A stretch of DNA of 64,000 bases from Gemmatimonadota bacterium (GTDB taxonomy: Bacteria > 4572-55 > J002). Shown piece by piece: positions 9,901 through 19,809 of this stretch. Location of the stretch: assembly GCA_003697105.1 (NCBI GenBank), contig RFFQ01000013.1, positions 1 through 64,000 of the forward strand, in the 5' to 3' direction. The notes below the pieces were generated by a model, which ran no database searches, was not told the DNA's origin, and saw nothing but the letters and a program-made list of their open reading frames with translations. The first letter of the stretch is position 1, and the number at the start of each line of letters is the position of its first letter. Position numbers and translations under genes: made by a program.

Positions 9901-11054
9901 TGGCAACGCACGGGCGTGGCATCTGGTCGGTCACTATCCCCGAACTGCCGCCACCACCGGTCGTCACGCGATCACCCCGCTTACGAATGTATCAGGGACC
10001 CCAACCCTATTTGACCGTTGATATCGCCCTGCGCTCCCCCTACGATTCCACGCAGGTGTGGATCAATGATGAGGTAATCCATCTTCCGGCAAATGAAACC
10101 CCACAAGATACCGTGATCGAATACACCGTTGCCGAAGAAATGGAGGTAAACGCCAGCGTGATTGCCTTTCGGGACGGTCGGGAATACCGGTCGCCGATAA
10201 TTACTCAAACCGCGTACCCCCTCGTGGAGCCACAAGTAAGTTATTTGAATCTGTTCGATGAACCTTCCGAAGATTTTATCGGAGACGGGTTTTCCATTCA
10301 AACGGTTTCCGGTTTTTCAGAACCCGCCCTCCATTCGCTCCACCCGTACCCCAACCAAACCAGCTTGATTTCCATGTTGCGGGTACCAATTATTGTGGGG
10401 TCGGGGAATTATGCCTTTCTGCAATTCCAAGAAGTGGTCATTGTGGAACCGGGGGAACCGGGGAGCGTCTTCGGTGATTTTAATTTCTGGGATTATGTGA
10501 TTGTCGAAGGTACCCGCAACGGGATTGATTGGCTACCCCTCCTAGATGGCTACGACTCCCGCGTTGACCCAGCGTGGCTGGATGCGTACAACGGTGGTAC
10601 CGTCGATGAATCTCTCTATCGCTTCCGGCGGATCAACCTGAACGAAACCTTTGAACCCGGGGAAACCATCTTGATCCGGTTCCGGTTATATGCCGATGCG
10701 GCAGTACGCAGTTGGGGATGGGCAATTGACAATCTGGAAATTCAGGAATATGTCGGGGTTGCGCCCGAACAAACCCGAATCGATATACCCCAATCGTTTT
10801 ACCTAGCGCAAAATTACCCCAATCCATTTAATCCCCGCACCACCATTGCCTTTTCTATCCCCGCCCTCGAACAAGTCAACCTCACGATTTACGATCTCAG
10901 CGGGCGAAAAGTGGATACCGTCGTGGATCAGCGCCTAGAAGCCGGTAACTATGAAGTCGTCTGGGATGCCGGAGACCGGCCTAGTGGCACCTATTTCTAC
11001 CGGTTGAGCGCGGGAACACAGCAACAAACCCACCGGATGATTTTGCTCAAGTAA
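6912..11054 (+). CDS. Secreted BNR/Asp-box (VPS10/sortilin/GH74-like) beta-propeller protein with FlgD-Ig/T9SS-type C-terminal domain
   Basis: AAGGAGG RBS, signal peptide, many S/T-x-D/N-x-G-x-T/S-W Asp boxes, 'QGWYD', 'ATHGRGIW', C-terminal 'NYPNPFNPRT...SGTYFYRL'. Confidence 0.85.
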   Translation: MSHRLWITYIVSLSVIIGFALTSFAGRDDLPEETKRPELYHHDAQSTYKRSLAVYPPETNGFSSAQLRDKRLQQRLGIRKAKKDMSFGHPDKFFELHQALRTRGGEIAPSYPPNYKQIELEKALRRSHQRGLRENLDWIERGPANVSGRTRAIVVDPDDPLNIWYVGATSGGLWKTTNAGESWIDLTPPNMVNLAIGTLAMAASNPNVMYAGTGEGLGGLGQVRGDGIFKTTDRGETWVQLETTLEFSSINRIIVDPTDENIVLAAAEANRYASGQVGGGVVEPFGRIYKSTDGGTTWTITYENSNGYPVEQIIANPDSFHIQFATVQWDGIFKSTDAGETWTQKLNVANYNGRRTELAISPSNPRYMYAGIEGSFGSGALLFQSTDMGETWTNLAAQGANIPNWLGSQGWYDNCLAFSPYDTSELYLGGIHLWKSTLLSEGIIDVQENGTDEFMMLIPWGGFEGGGVGTGVQFASVGAPPPFGLEDEDYVSVEVRFGPGIHQRIHRFGFDGFQTLYEDYEEVPFEVWDTENDRQLMASFLDFDGNDAFELTPILDPNNPTNDIIMINSVLYAETPDPTISGRGDGLFYKNIYTIWSGLAPGATWEPDSLPESNLAIIYGEIDDPVFGIHQISYGYNPFTDSGTHADHHNLTLIPINPEEGTFRILNGNDGGVFYSDDGGLTWENTLNGYNTTQFYGVDKKPGADEYIGGMQDNGTWQSPPGVSADSTTSWLYRIGGDGYETAWHYENPDWILGGYQFNGINRSTNGGETWVDISGQIESGAGNAPFVTKIAKSNSDPDLVFAVSASGVWRSDDFGETWILTPIPDREWRMSNQTHVQISQANPQVVWAGARLADPANSRATLHVSQDGGLTFTPCERPDYDLGLVTGLATHPIDEGTAYALFSFSGAPKVLRTTDFGQTWEDISGFGNNGESDNGFPDVAVYSLLVMPHDPDVIWVGTEIGLFESTDNGESWAYADNGFPAVSIWEMNITDDQVVMATHGRGIWSVTIPELPPPPVVTRSPRLRMYQGPQPYLTVDIALRSPYDSTQVWINDEVIHLPANETPQDTVIEYTVAEEMEVNASVIAFRDGREYRSPIITQTAYPLVEPQVSYLNLFDEPSEDFIGDGFSIQTVSGFSEPALHSLHPYPNQTSLISMLRVPIIVGSGNYAFLQFQEVVIVEPGEPGSVFGDFNFWDYVIVEGTRNGIDWLPLLDGYDSRVDPAWLDAYNGGTVDESLYRFRRINLNETFEPGETILIRFRLYADAAVRSWGWAIDNLEIQEYVGVAPEQTRIDIPQSFYLAQNYPNPFNPRTTIAFSIPALEQVNLTIYDLSGRKVDTVVDQRLEAGNYEVVWDAGDRPSGTYFYRLSAGTQQQTHRMILLK

Positions 11055-11075
11055 CATTCAACCGGTGCCTCCCAA

Positions 11076-11106
11076 ACCCCGCCAATTGGGATTCAATTGG
11101 CGGGGT
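11076..11106 (+). terminator. GC-rich stem-loop after the beta-propeller gene
   Basis: ACCCCGCCAATTG-GGATT-CAATTGGCGGGGT perfect 13-bp stem; no immediate U tract. Confidence 0.6.
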
Positions 11107-11216
11107 CTCCCCCCAACCTAAATCTAAACGGTTTTTTTATTGCATCTCCCTACAAAATATCGTAAAATCTCCCACATGAACGCTTCACCTACGAGTTTTC
11201 AAGGAGGAGATGCCCA

Positions 11217-12320
11217 ATGCCCAACCATCACCAGCACCCACAAAACCCGTATGAGCTATTACGCAAAAAGCTCCAACGGTTACAAAAAGCACACATTTTA
11301 GAGACAGACCCCAGTGTAAAATTTAAGTTGGAACACCAAATTAACGAGATTGAAGCCGAACTCACCCGGTTAAAATCATCCTCAAGTGTACCCTCTTCGT
11401 CGCCATCAACAACCCCCCCCATAACGGAACCCACACCGGCAATCGATAAGCCCGCGCCATCCCAACAGCCAACAACAACACCCAAATCCGACATTCTAAA
11501 ATGGGGATTCTGGTTGACCGGCATCCTTCTGGGCTATATTCTGGTCTTATTGGTCGGTATCCCGATTTTTGAGCAGTTCGCCCCGAATTACACCCAGACA
11601 TTAGTCTTTGTGGTATTGGTAATCGTCAGTCTTGTAGCGGCAATAGTGCTTTTCGGCTTTTTGGAAAGTACAGGTCTGTTCACAACCAAATGGGTCGAAT
11701 TTGGCGGCGCGGCGGCACTCGCCGGCTGGATGATCTGGTTTGGCATGGATCAACTCCAACCCGAAGTTCCTGTAGAATTACCCTCAATGAAAATCAGTGG
11801 CTTGATTTTTGTGGATGGAAAACCGGCCAGCGGGGTACGCGTCCGCTTAATCGAGACCGGCACCGATACTCAAACGAACGAAGGCAGTTTTTCCCTAAAA
11901 TTCACAACTGCCAACCACTTGGAGACCTATCATCTTCGCCTGCAATACAGTGAAATCGATACAACCGTAGAAATTCGCCCTTCTGCCATGCACGCCTTAC
12001 GGATCGATTTAGCCTCTCCGCCGAAACAGATCAGTGACGAGAAGCCCGAACCGGTGACCGAACCCCCCGTTCCGAAGGACATCGACCTAAAAAGTACCCT
12101 CGTTAATGTCATCGATCATCCGGTCCGCATCTATGTTGCAGGTCATACCTATGAAACTCACACCAATCGGGAAGGTAAATTTCATCTGCAAATACCTCGA
12201 CCGGAAAGACCGTTTCGGGTGGAGATTTTTACCGGGAATACTCTGTTTTGGTCTAGCCCTATCTACCAGCCCACCACATTCACCCATTTGCCGACCCGCA
12301 TTTGGAAAGAGAAAAAATGA
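11217..12320 (+). CDS. Hypothetical membrane protein: N-terminal helical hairpin, Pro/Ser linker, about 3 TM, carboxypeptidase-regulatory-like beta domains
   Basis: AAGGAGGAG RBS; ORF architecture read from translation. Confidence 0.65.
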   Translation: MPNHHQHPQNPYELLRKKLQRLQKAHILETDPSVKFKLEHQINEIEAELTRLKSSSSVPSSSPSTTPPITEPTPAIDKPAPSQQPTTTPKSDILKWGFWLTGILLGYILVLLVGIPIFEQFAPNYTQTLVFVVLVIVSLVAAIVLFGFLESTGLFTTKWVEFGGAAALAGWMIWFGMDQLQPEVPVELPSMKISGLIFVDGKPASGVRVRLIETGTDTQTNEGSFSLKFTTANHLETYHLRLQYSEIDTTVEIRPSAMHALRIDLASPPKQISDEKPEPVTEPPVPKDIDLKSTLVNVIDHPVRIYVAGHTYETHTNREGKFHLQIPRPERPFRVEIFTGNTLFWSSPIYQPTTFTHLPTRIWKEKK

Positions 12321-13552
12321 GTCCAGTAATCCAATCCCTAAATCCTCCAATGTTGGTACGATTTTCACTGTATGGTTTTCTGAAAAATCAACGGTATTTT
12401 GAGCCGTTTTTATTTCTGATTTTCCTTGAAAAGGGGTTGTCCTATTTTGCTATTGGAGTATTGATCGGTTTTCGGGAGTTGTGTCTGAATCTAATGGAAA
12501 TTCCCAGCGGGGCGTTGGCAGATTTGTACGGGCGCCGGCGGACGATGATCGCGGCCTTTGTGGGATATGTGATCTCGTTTGTGGTATTTGCCCTGAGTCA
12601 TTCTTTCTGGGCATTGATGGGGGCGATGTTCTGCTTTGCCATGGGGGATGCCTTCCGTAGCGGGACTCATAAAGCGATGATTTTTGACTGGCTGGCACAC
12701 GAGGGCCGCCTCACGGAGAAGACAAAAGTGTACGGCTTCACCCGTTCGTGGTCAAAGATGGGGTCGGCGCTTTCCGTGGTGATTGCCGCCGGCATGGTCT
12801 TTTATTCCGGGCAGTACAGCCATATTTTTTGGTTTTCCATCCCACCCTATGTACTGGGGATTATCAACTTTTTCGGCTATCCGGCGTATTTGGATGGCGC
12901 ACGCCGGCGATCCTTTTCCGGGCATGCGGTATGGTCTCATTTTAAGCAAGCACTCCACCGGTCGTGGCAGGATTCCAACATCCGGCGCTTGATCGTAGAA
13001 TCCATGGGGTTTGAGGGGCTGTATAAATCGGTCAAAGATTACCTCCAACCGGTGATCCAGCATTTGGCGGTAACGTTACCACTATTGGTGGGGGTAGAAG
13101 ACACCCGGCGCACGGCCTTAATGGTTGGGGGAGTCTATTTTGTGCTTCATGTGCTTTCTGGAATTGCCTCGCGCCGGGCGTATCGTTTGCGGGATCGTCT
13201 GGGAAGCGAAGAGAACGCCGCGAAATGGCTCTGGCAACTCTACGGGTTACTGTTTTTAATCCTCACCTTCAGTTTCAGCCGGAATATGCTGTGGGTTGCC
13301 ATCCTATGTTTTACCGGTATGGCCATTGCCCAAAATATGTGGCGTCCAATTTTAGTCAGCCGGTTTGATGATCATGCCCCAGCAGAAGAAAGTGCCACGA
13401 TTCTGTCTATCGAATCCCAATCCAAGTCCTTAGCAACCATCCTATTAGCGCCGCTATTGGGATATGCGGTCGATCAATTTAGCTTTTTACCGTTGGGTAT
13501 TTGCGGCATCGCCGTTTCGAGCCTGATCGGGTTCCAGTTTTACCGGCGCTGA
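12317..13552 (+). CDS. MFS transporter
   Basis: 'EIPSGALADLYGRRRT' MFS motif A, about 12 TM; ATGA overlap with the upstream gene. Confidence 0.9.
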   Translation: MSPVIQSLNPPMLVRFSLYGFLKNQRYFEPFLFLIFLEKGLSYFAIGVLIGFRELCLNLMEIPSGALADLYGRRRTMIAAFVGYVISFVVFALSHSFWALMGAMFCFAMGDAFRSGTHKAMIFDWLAHEGRLTEKTKVYGFTRSWSKMGSALSVVIAAGMVFYSGQYSHIFWFSIPPYVLGIINFFGYPAYLDGARRRSFSGHAVWSHFKQALHRSWQDSNIRRLIVESMGFEGLYKSVKDYLQPVIQHLAVTLPLLVGVEDTRRTALMVGGVYFVLHVLSGIASRRAYRLRDRLGSEENAAKWLWQLYGLLFLILTFSFSRNMLWVAILCFTGMAIAQNMWRPILVSRFDDHAPAEESATILSIESQSKSLATILLAPLLGYAVDQFSFLPLGICGIAVSSLIGFQFYRR

Positions 13553-13599
13553 CAGTGCAGAAACCTCCCCATCCCCAACCTGACCAGATAACTTTTGGT

Positions 13600-13628
13600 T
13601 TGACTTTTGATCCCTCCGATCATAGATT
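13600..13628 (+). promoter_or_regulatory. Sigma70-type promoter for hslU
   Basis: TTGACT-17 bp-TAGATT. Confidence 0.55.
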
Positions 13629-13739
13629 AAGCGATCTGTAACCAACATCTTCCCAGTTTTATTACCTAAATTCGGGGTTCTAAACTGGAAAACCCCATAA
13701 CAACTATACCAGCAGAAAAATACGATTAAGGAGGATTTG

Positions 13740-15113
13740 ATGGCGGAATACACGCCCCGGCAGATTGTGGCTGAACTGGACAAGTATATTGTAGGGCAAG
13801 CCAAAGCCAAACGCAGTGTGGCTATCGCCCTACGAAACCGTTGGCGACGGCAACGTGCCGCCGAAGAGATTCGGGACGAAATCATGCCCAACAATATCAT
13901 CATGATAGGACCAACCGGTGTGGGTAAAACAGAGATTGCCCGCCGTCTGGCACGTCTGGCAGGCGCCCCGTTCATCAAAGTAGAAGCCTCTAAATTTACG
14001 GAAGTCGGCTATGTGGGCCGCGATGTGGAATCCATGGTGCGCGATCTGGTCGATCTGGCAATCGGGATGGTACGTGAAGAGCAAACCCAGCGCGTGGAAG
14101 AGAAAGCCGAGCAGATGGCAGAAGAGCGCATCTTAGATTTACTCCTTCCCTCACCCCCCAAAGCCTCCAGTTTGGATGAAGAGGACATGATGGGGCTTGA
14201 TGCGGGACGCCTTGAAGAAATCGAGAGTAAATACCACCGCACCCGGGAGAAACTCCGCCAACAACTGCGGGATGGGAAGCTCGATCATCGCACGATAGAA
14301 ATCGAAACCGCCAGCCGCCAATCCCCGATGATAGAGATTTTCTCCAATGCCGGCATTGAAGAAATGGACATCAATTTTTCCGAAGTTTTTGGCAATCTAT
14401 TACCCCAAAAGAAGAAACGTCGAAAGATGCCCATCCCCGAAGCCCGGAACATATTAGTCCAAGAAGAAGCTCAAAAGCTCATCGATATGGATGAAGTGGT
14501 CAAGCAAGCCTTGGCTCGGGTGGAAGAATCCGGTATTATTTTTATTGATGAATTGGATAAAGTCGCCGCCGAAGATCGCAAATCAGGTCCCGATGTCAGC
14601 CGCGAGGGTGTCCAGCGGGATTTACTCCCTATTGTGGAGGGGTCAACCGTGGCAACGAAGTACGGCATGGTCAAAACGGATCATATCCTTTTTATCGCCG
14701 CAGGAGCATTCCACGTTGCCAAACCCTCAGATTTAATCCCGGAATTACAAGGTCGATTCCCCATCCGGGTCGAACTGGATAGCCTAACAAAAGATGATTT
14801 CATCCGGATTTTAACCGAACCGAAAAACGCCTTGACCCGCCAATATGCCGCTCTCATGAAAACCGAAGGTGTGGAATTGACCTTCACCAAAGATGCGATT
14901 GAGGCAATCGCCGAAATGGCATACCAGATCAATGAAAAAATGGAAAATATCGGTGCCCGCCGCTTGCACACTGTTCTAACGACGCTATTGGAAGACCTGC
15001 TGTTTGATGTACCCGATATAAAAACTGGTAGCACGAAAATCACCGGTAAATTTGTACGGGAACGCTTGGATAATATTATCGAAGATGAAGATTTAAGCCA
15101 ATATATTTTGTAA
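13740..15113 (+). CDS. hslU: ATP-dependent protease ATPase subunit HslU
   Basis: '[16 protein letters not shown]', Walker A GPTGVGKT, '[11 protein letters not shown]', Walker B FIDE, C-terminal 'DLSQYIL'. Confidence 0.98.
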   Translation: MAEYTPRQIVAELDKYIVGQAKAKRSVAIALRNRWRRQRAAEEIRDEIMPNNIIMIGPTGVGKTEIARRLARLAGAPFIKVEASKFTEVGYVGRDVESMVRDLVDLAIGMVREEQTQRVEEKAEQMAEERILDLLLPSPPKASSLDEEDMMGLDAGRLEEIESKYHRTREKLRQQLRDGKLDHRTIEIETASRQSPMIEIFSNAGIEEMDINFSEVFGNLLPQKKKRRKMPIPEARNILVQEEAQKLIDMDEVVKQALARVEESGIIFIDELDKVAAEDRKSGPDVSREGVQRDLLPIVEGSTVATKYGMVKTDHILFIAAGAFHVAKPSDLIPELQGRFPIRVELDSLTKDDFIRILTEPKNALTRQYAALMKTEGVELTFTKDAIEAIAEMAYQINEKMENIGARRLHTVLTTLLEDLLFDVPDIKTGSTKITGKFVRERLDNIIEDEDLSQYIL

Positions 15114-15164
15114 GAGACATTTACACAGACTATGTTCATTTACCACCCAGACGGGGATAGGCAC

Positions 15165-16451
15165 ATGCGACCAAATCGGTGGATTCTTCTCGTATTAGTC
15201 ATCCTAACCGCTTTGAGGGCAAATGCAAAGGAATCTCCCCGCACAGCGGTGATCGTCGATCAGGCGATTGGTCTGTTTCTGGATTATGCCCAATTCCGTC
15301 AGGGGACGGGTGAGCGATATTTGGAGGTTTACTATCAAGTCCCCCATAACCAATTTCAGTTCCGTGAAAAAGCAGGGCGCTATCAGGCAAAATTCGATGT
15401 CGCGGTGGCGGTTTATGATGCCGATCAATACCAACTGATCGGTGATGTCTGGCAACAACAGTTCTCGGTGGATACCATCGAAGAGACACGATTATTGAGC
15501 CGCTACTATCTGGGGCAAGTATCCTTAACCATTCCTCCACAAGCAACCGCATTCATGTTCACCCTTGAAGACCATCAGTCAAATCGCAAGGTTTCTGTCA
15601 CCCAACCCCTTTCGCCGCTGGACACCTCAGAGATCGAGATTAGTGATATTTTGTTTGCCTCTATGATTGAACCGGTCAATGAAGGCTCAACAGAGTTTAT
15701 CCGCGGGGATTTACGGGTGACTCCCAACCCCACCCGTGCCTACGGTGAGTTCTATTCTGATCTGTTCTTTTATTATGAGCTTTACACTCCCCAAGATTTG
15801 ACAAATTACCAGACCCTCTGCCAAATTTACAACGATCATGGGGATACCACTCTGCAAAAAGTCATCCCCATTGATGCGCATAGCACCGGTCAGTACGGTA
15901 AATTGGACTTGCTCCAACACCCCCAAGGCGAGTATATATTGGAGGTGATGGTGCTAAACCCGAATGGTACCATCTCCGCCCAAAAAAGAGCAAAATTTTC
16001 CATCCGCCGCTCGCTGTTTACCCAAGATTATGAAGTCACCCTTGCCCAATTATCCTACATTGCCACCATGGAAGAATATAATTGGTTGAAATCATTACCT
16101 CCCGAACAGCGTGTCCGCGGGTTACTCGAATTTTGGAAACGGCGCGATCCGACGCCAAACACCCCGACGAATGAAGCGCTAAGCCTGTTTTACCAACGAG
16201 TTAAATACGCCAACGAGCAATTCAGCTTTGCCACTCGGGAAGGATGGGAAACTGACCGGGGACGGATTTTCATCAAATACGGTCCTCCCGACCAAATTAT
16301 AGATCGCCCGATTGAGTTAGACCGCCGTCCCTATATTATTTGGTCTTATGATCATGTCGAGGGACGGCCCGGAGGACGCCAATTTTTGTTTGTTGATGAT
16401 ACGGGACATGGCTTTTATAAACTTTACAACCTCTCCGAGGAAGACCGCTAA
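15165..16451 (+). CDS. Secreted GWxTD domain protein
   Basis: Signal peptide; 'FWKRRDPTPNTPTNE', 'GWETDRGRIFIKYGPPD'. Confidence 0.9.
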   Translation: MRPNRWILLVLVILTALRANAKESPRTAVIVDQAIGLFLDYAQFRQGTGERYLEVYYQVPHNQFQFREKAGRYQAKFDVAVAVYDADQYQLIGDVWQQQFSVDTIEETRLLSRYYLGQVSLTIPPQATAFMFTLEDHQSNRKVSVTQPLSPLDTSEIEISDILFASMIEPVNEGSTEFIRGDLRVTPNPTRAYGEFYSDLFFYYELYTPQDLTNYQTLCQIYNDHGDTTLQKVIPIDAHSTGQYGKLDLLQHPQGEYILEVMVLNPNGTISAQKRAKFSIRRSLFTQDYEVTLAQLSYIATMEEYNWLKSLPPEQRVRGLLEFWKRRDPTPNTPTNEALSLFYQRVKYANEQFSFATREGWETDRGRIFIKYGPPDQIIDRPIELDRRPYIIWSYDHVEGRPGGRQFLFVDDTGHGFYKLYNLSEEDR

Positions 16452-16469
16452 GAAAAAGGAGACCCACCC

Positions 16470-17930
16470 ATGAGACAAAACGGAATTTACCTTGTTATTG
16501 CCACCACCCTGTTGCTCCTCGGCTCGCTTCAACCGGCACAGAGCGCATGCAGTTCCAGTGAAAACGGACTCCGTTTTTGTGCGGATATTTCCTGTTTTCG
16601 GGGTGCGGAGCATAATACATACGTGGAAATTTACTACCGCATGAACAACGATCAACTGACCTTCCAACCGATTGAGAATTACCCGGATATACCCGAAACA
16701 GCAAAAGAAACCCATGAATTTGCCGCCGCGTTTGAAGTAACAATTCAATTATTTAGTTTGAAAGGAGATACGATTGTCGCCGATGTCCGGCGGCAAACAG
16801 TCCTCTCCCAAACTCAGGAAGATACCTACTCGGATCAACTGTTTGCATTGGATCAACGGGCGCTGGTCATGCAACCCGGAGAATACAAACTCCTCATCCA
16901 AATGCAAGATGAAAATAGCCATAGAAAGGGCTTTTTGCTATTACCGGTCGTTGCGGAATCCTTCCCACCGGATCAATTATCCCTGAGCGATATCCAGCTC
17001 TCGACATACATCCAGCAGTACCAACCGGATTATGGTAATCCGAAATTTGCCAAAAACGGGCTTGAAATAACGCCGAATCCGGCACAGACGTTCGGGAACC
17101 AATTTCCCAATCTGTATCTGTATTATGAAGTGTATAATCTGAAACCGGGTGAAAACGCCTTCTTTGAGGAAGCCATTGATATATTGGATGATAACGGAAA
17201 TACAGTCAAAAGCATTGAACCAGCCACCGTGGAGGTCACAACGGAAACCCGTGTGCGAGTACAGCGGATATTAGTCGGCAGTCTCCCCGATGGAGCCTAT
17301 ACCGCGCGGGTACAGGTCTCACAAGGGGATCAGCAGTGTACCCAAGAGAAACCATTTACCGTTCAATCCATCAAACCGAAACTTCCACCTTACCCCGAAA
17401 AAATACCACTTGCCGATTTTAATACGGAACAACTGGATAATTTGTTTATGGGATTGGATTATCTGGCGACCAATGCGGAAAAACGGCGGATTGATCAATT
17501 ACGGAAAGAGGGTACAGATGCGGAAAAACGAGAATTTTTGCTGGAATTTTGGAAAGAACGCGGACCGGAAGCCCAAAAAGAACATTATCGTCGGGTTGAA
17601 GTTGCCAATACGTCCTATTCGGAGCATTTTGGCTTCCGTGAGGGATGGAAAACGGAAATGGGGCGGGTTTACATCACTTACGGACCGCCCGAAGAAATTT
17701 CACGCTATCCCATGACGTTTGAAGTACCCGCTTATGAAATTTGGCGCTACTATTCTACCGGTAAGTATCTGGTTTTAATGGATGTTGACGGTACGGGGTC
17801 TTACATTGTTGCCGGTTCCAATATACCCGGCGAACCGTGGGACCCAGATTGGGTTGGTTATAAAGATTATCTGATTCAAGGTGGCAACTTGCCCACAGTG
17901 GATCAACACAATCTGGAGGAAGAAGAATAA
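16470..17930 (+). CDS. Secreted GWxTD domain protein (GWKTE variant)
   Basis: AAGGAG RBS, signal peptide; 'GWKTEMGRVYITYGPP', 'YEIWRY'; paralog of the upstream gene. Confidence 0.88.
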   Translation: MRQNGIYLVIATTLLLLGSLQPAQSACSSSENGLRFCADISCFRGAEHNTYVEIYYRMNNDQLTFQPIENYPDIPETAKETHEFAAAFEVTIQLFSLKGDTIVADVRRQTVLSQTQEDTYSDQLFALDQRALVMQPGEYKLLIQMQDENSHRKGFLLLPVVAESFPPDQLSLSDIQLSTYIQQYQPDYGNPKFAKNGLEITPNPAQTFGNQFPNLYLYYEVYNLKPGENAFFEEAIDILDDNGNTVKSIEPATVEVTTETRVRVQRILVGSLPDGAYTARVQVSQGDQQCTQEKPFTVQSIKPKLPPYPEKIPLADFNTEQLDNLFMGLDYLATNAEKRRIDQLRKEGTDAEKREFLLEFWKERGPEAQKEHYRRVEVANTSYSEHFGFREGWKTEMGRVYITYGPPEEISRYPMTFEVPAYEIWRYYSTGKYLVLMDVDGTGSYIVAGSNIPGEPWDPDWVGYKDYLIQGGNLPTVDQHNLEEEE

Positions 17931-17937
17931 AATCGTA

Positions 17938-18120
17938 TCAATTAAGGTACAATGATTTGATACTGTTCCACGTAGCATCTGCAGATGTTTGACCCGGCTG
18001 AAGAGAATCTCGGGCGTCTAATTGGATCGCTTTTACGGAATGTTGCGAATTGGCATACGTTGCGCCAAACAGCACGATAAGCACAACCAGACCGATGATA
18101 CTACCGATAATTCGTCTCAT
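17938..18120 (-). CDS. Small secreted protein (60 aa) with C-terminal TWxxIKxLY motif
   Basis: GGAGGA RBS before ATG 18120; signal-like MRRIIGSIIGLVVLIVLFGATYA; ends 'ATWNSIKSLYLN'. Confidence 0.7.
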   Translation of the reverse strand: MRRIIGSIIGLVVLIVLFGATYANSQHSVKAIQLDARDSLQPGQTSADATWNSIKSLYLN

Positions 18121-18326
18121 GTATATCCTCCGATCATCCATTGAGTCGTCTGTTTACACTGATGTAAATCGGATGGAATAGAAAAATGTATGCCACAATA
18201 AAAAACCAACACCACCTGATAACCCTAATAAGTTGACAATAAAAGGGTTATACAGATGGTGTTTCTTTTTTTGGAGACAAATTTTAGATGAAAATACCGG
18301 ATATTTTTTGCAACATCTATCCCGGT

Positions 18327-18704
18327 CTAGCTGGCGGCGATTTCCGCGTATCCATTGGCATCCAGAAGGGTATCCAGACCACTCGGATCCGCCAATTTCA
18401 CTTTGAAAATCCAGCCTTTCCCGTAAGGGTCTTCATTAACCAGTTCCGGGGCATCGTTCAGTTCTTCATTGATTTCCAGAACTTCCCCGCTCACCGGAGA
18501 TTTCAGGTCTTCGGCGGCTTTGACGGATTCAATCGAGCCGCACGGTTCATGCGCTTCAACCGTATCACCAATTTCCGGCGCTTCAATAAACACAATATCA
18601 CCCAATTCCGTCTGGGCATGGTCGGTAATACCAATGGTAGCAGTATCACCCTCCACCCGCACCCACTCATGGGACTCGGAATATTTGAGATCGGCAGGAA
18701 TCAT
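18327..18704 (-). CDS. gcvH: Glycine cleavage system H protein
   Basis: '[10 protein letters not shown]', '[15 protein letters not shown]', lipoyl-Lys 'ESVKA', 'DPYGKGW'; AAGGAG RBS before ATG 18704. Confidence 0.97.
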   Translation of the reverse strand: MIPADLKYSESHEWVRVEGDTATIGITDHAQTELGDIVFIEAPEIGDTVEAHEPCGSIESVKAAEDLKSPVSGEVLEINEELNDAPELVNEDPYGKGWIFKVKLADPSGLDTLLDANGYAEIAAS

Positions 18705-18863
18705 AACACACTCCTTGATTATTGAGGTTGAAAAGAGTAGATTACCACTATCTGAATACAAACGCTACATTTTCAGATAACCCGATAACCGATTACGGTA
18801 TCGATTCATATCAATTTTACCAGTAAAAGTCAATACTAAATAGACCCCAATGAGGTGAAACGC

Positions 18864-19802
18864 ATGACAGCAGAACAGCCCGTAACCGACGTACCAGAAT
18901 ACCATAAATCCGGATATATCGCAGTGTTAGGACGTCCCAATGTGGGTAAATCCACCCTGATCAATGCCTTACTCGGAGAGAAAGTCTCTATCGTTTCTCC
19001 CAAGCCCCAAACCACGCGAGATCGGATTCAAGGGATTTTATCATTAGAAGAGGCACAAATTATCTTTTTGGATACACCGGGCATCCACCAGCCCAAGAAT
19101 ATGCTCGATGAATACATGGTTAAAGTGGCAAATTATGCCCTACCCGATGCCGATGTGATCCTCTTCCTAGTGGATGTTGCGAACCCGCTGATCGAGGCAG
19201 ATCGTGAGATTGCCCGGCTGATCGAAAAGAAGCGTGAAAACAAACCGGTACTCGTCGGACTCAATAAAATAGACCAACAGACCGACCCAGCTCAAGTGGC
19301 AACTATCCAGACCGAACTCGCTACGCTCTTACCAGACGCAACATTTCTGCCCCTCTCTGCCACAACCGGTGCCCATCAAGACGAACTCCTGGAGTGGATC
19401 ATCGAAAAACTACCGTACGGACCTCGCTATTACCCGGTGGACATTATCAGTGACCAAAATGACCGGAAATTTGTGGCGGAAATTATTCGGGAAGTCTCGT
19501 TGGAACTGCTCCACCATGAAGTACCCCACGGCATGGCCGTGATTATCGATACCTTCAAAACCCGTGAAAACGGAATGCTCTACATTCAGGGAAAAATATA
19601 TGTAGAACGGGAATCGCACAAACCCATCGTATTGGGCAAAAACGGTTCGATGTTGAAACGAATCGGGCAACGCGCCCGCCAACGGCTAGAAGAAATTTAT
19701 GAGCAAAAAATTTATCTGGATTTGCGAGTGAAACCCCGCCACAAATGGCGTAAAAACCCTTCGGACTTGCGTTGGTTTGGTTACGTAACTCGCAAAAAAT
19801 AG
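18864..19802 (+). CDS. era: GTPase Era
   Basis: GRPNVGKS, 'PQTTR', DTPG, NKID, KH domain 'VLGKNGSMLKRIG'. Confidence 0.97.
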   Translation: MTAEQPVTDVPEYHKSGYIAVLGRPNVGKSTLINALLGEKVSIVSPKPQTTRDRIQGILSLEEAQIIFLDTPGIHQPKNMLDEYMVKVANYALPDADVILFLVDVANPLIEADREIARLIEKKRENKPVLVGLNKIDQQTDPAQVATIQTELATLLPDATFLPLSATTGAHQDELLEWIIEKLPYGPRYYPVDIISDQNDRKFVAEIIREVSLELLHHEVPHGMAVIIDTFKTRENGMLYIQGKIYVERESHKPIVLGKNGSMLKRIGQRARQRLEEIYEQKIYLDLRVKPRHKWRKNPSDLRWFGYVTRKK

Positions 19803-19809
19803 GTGTCTC

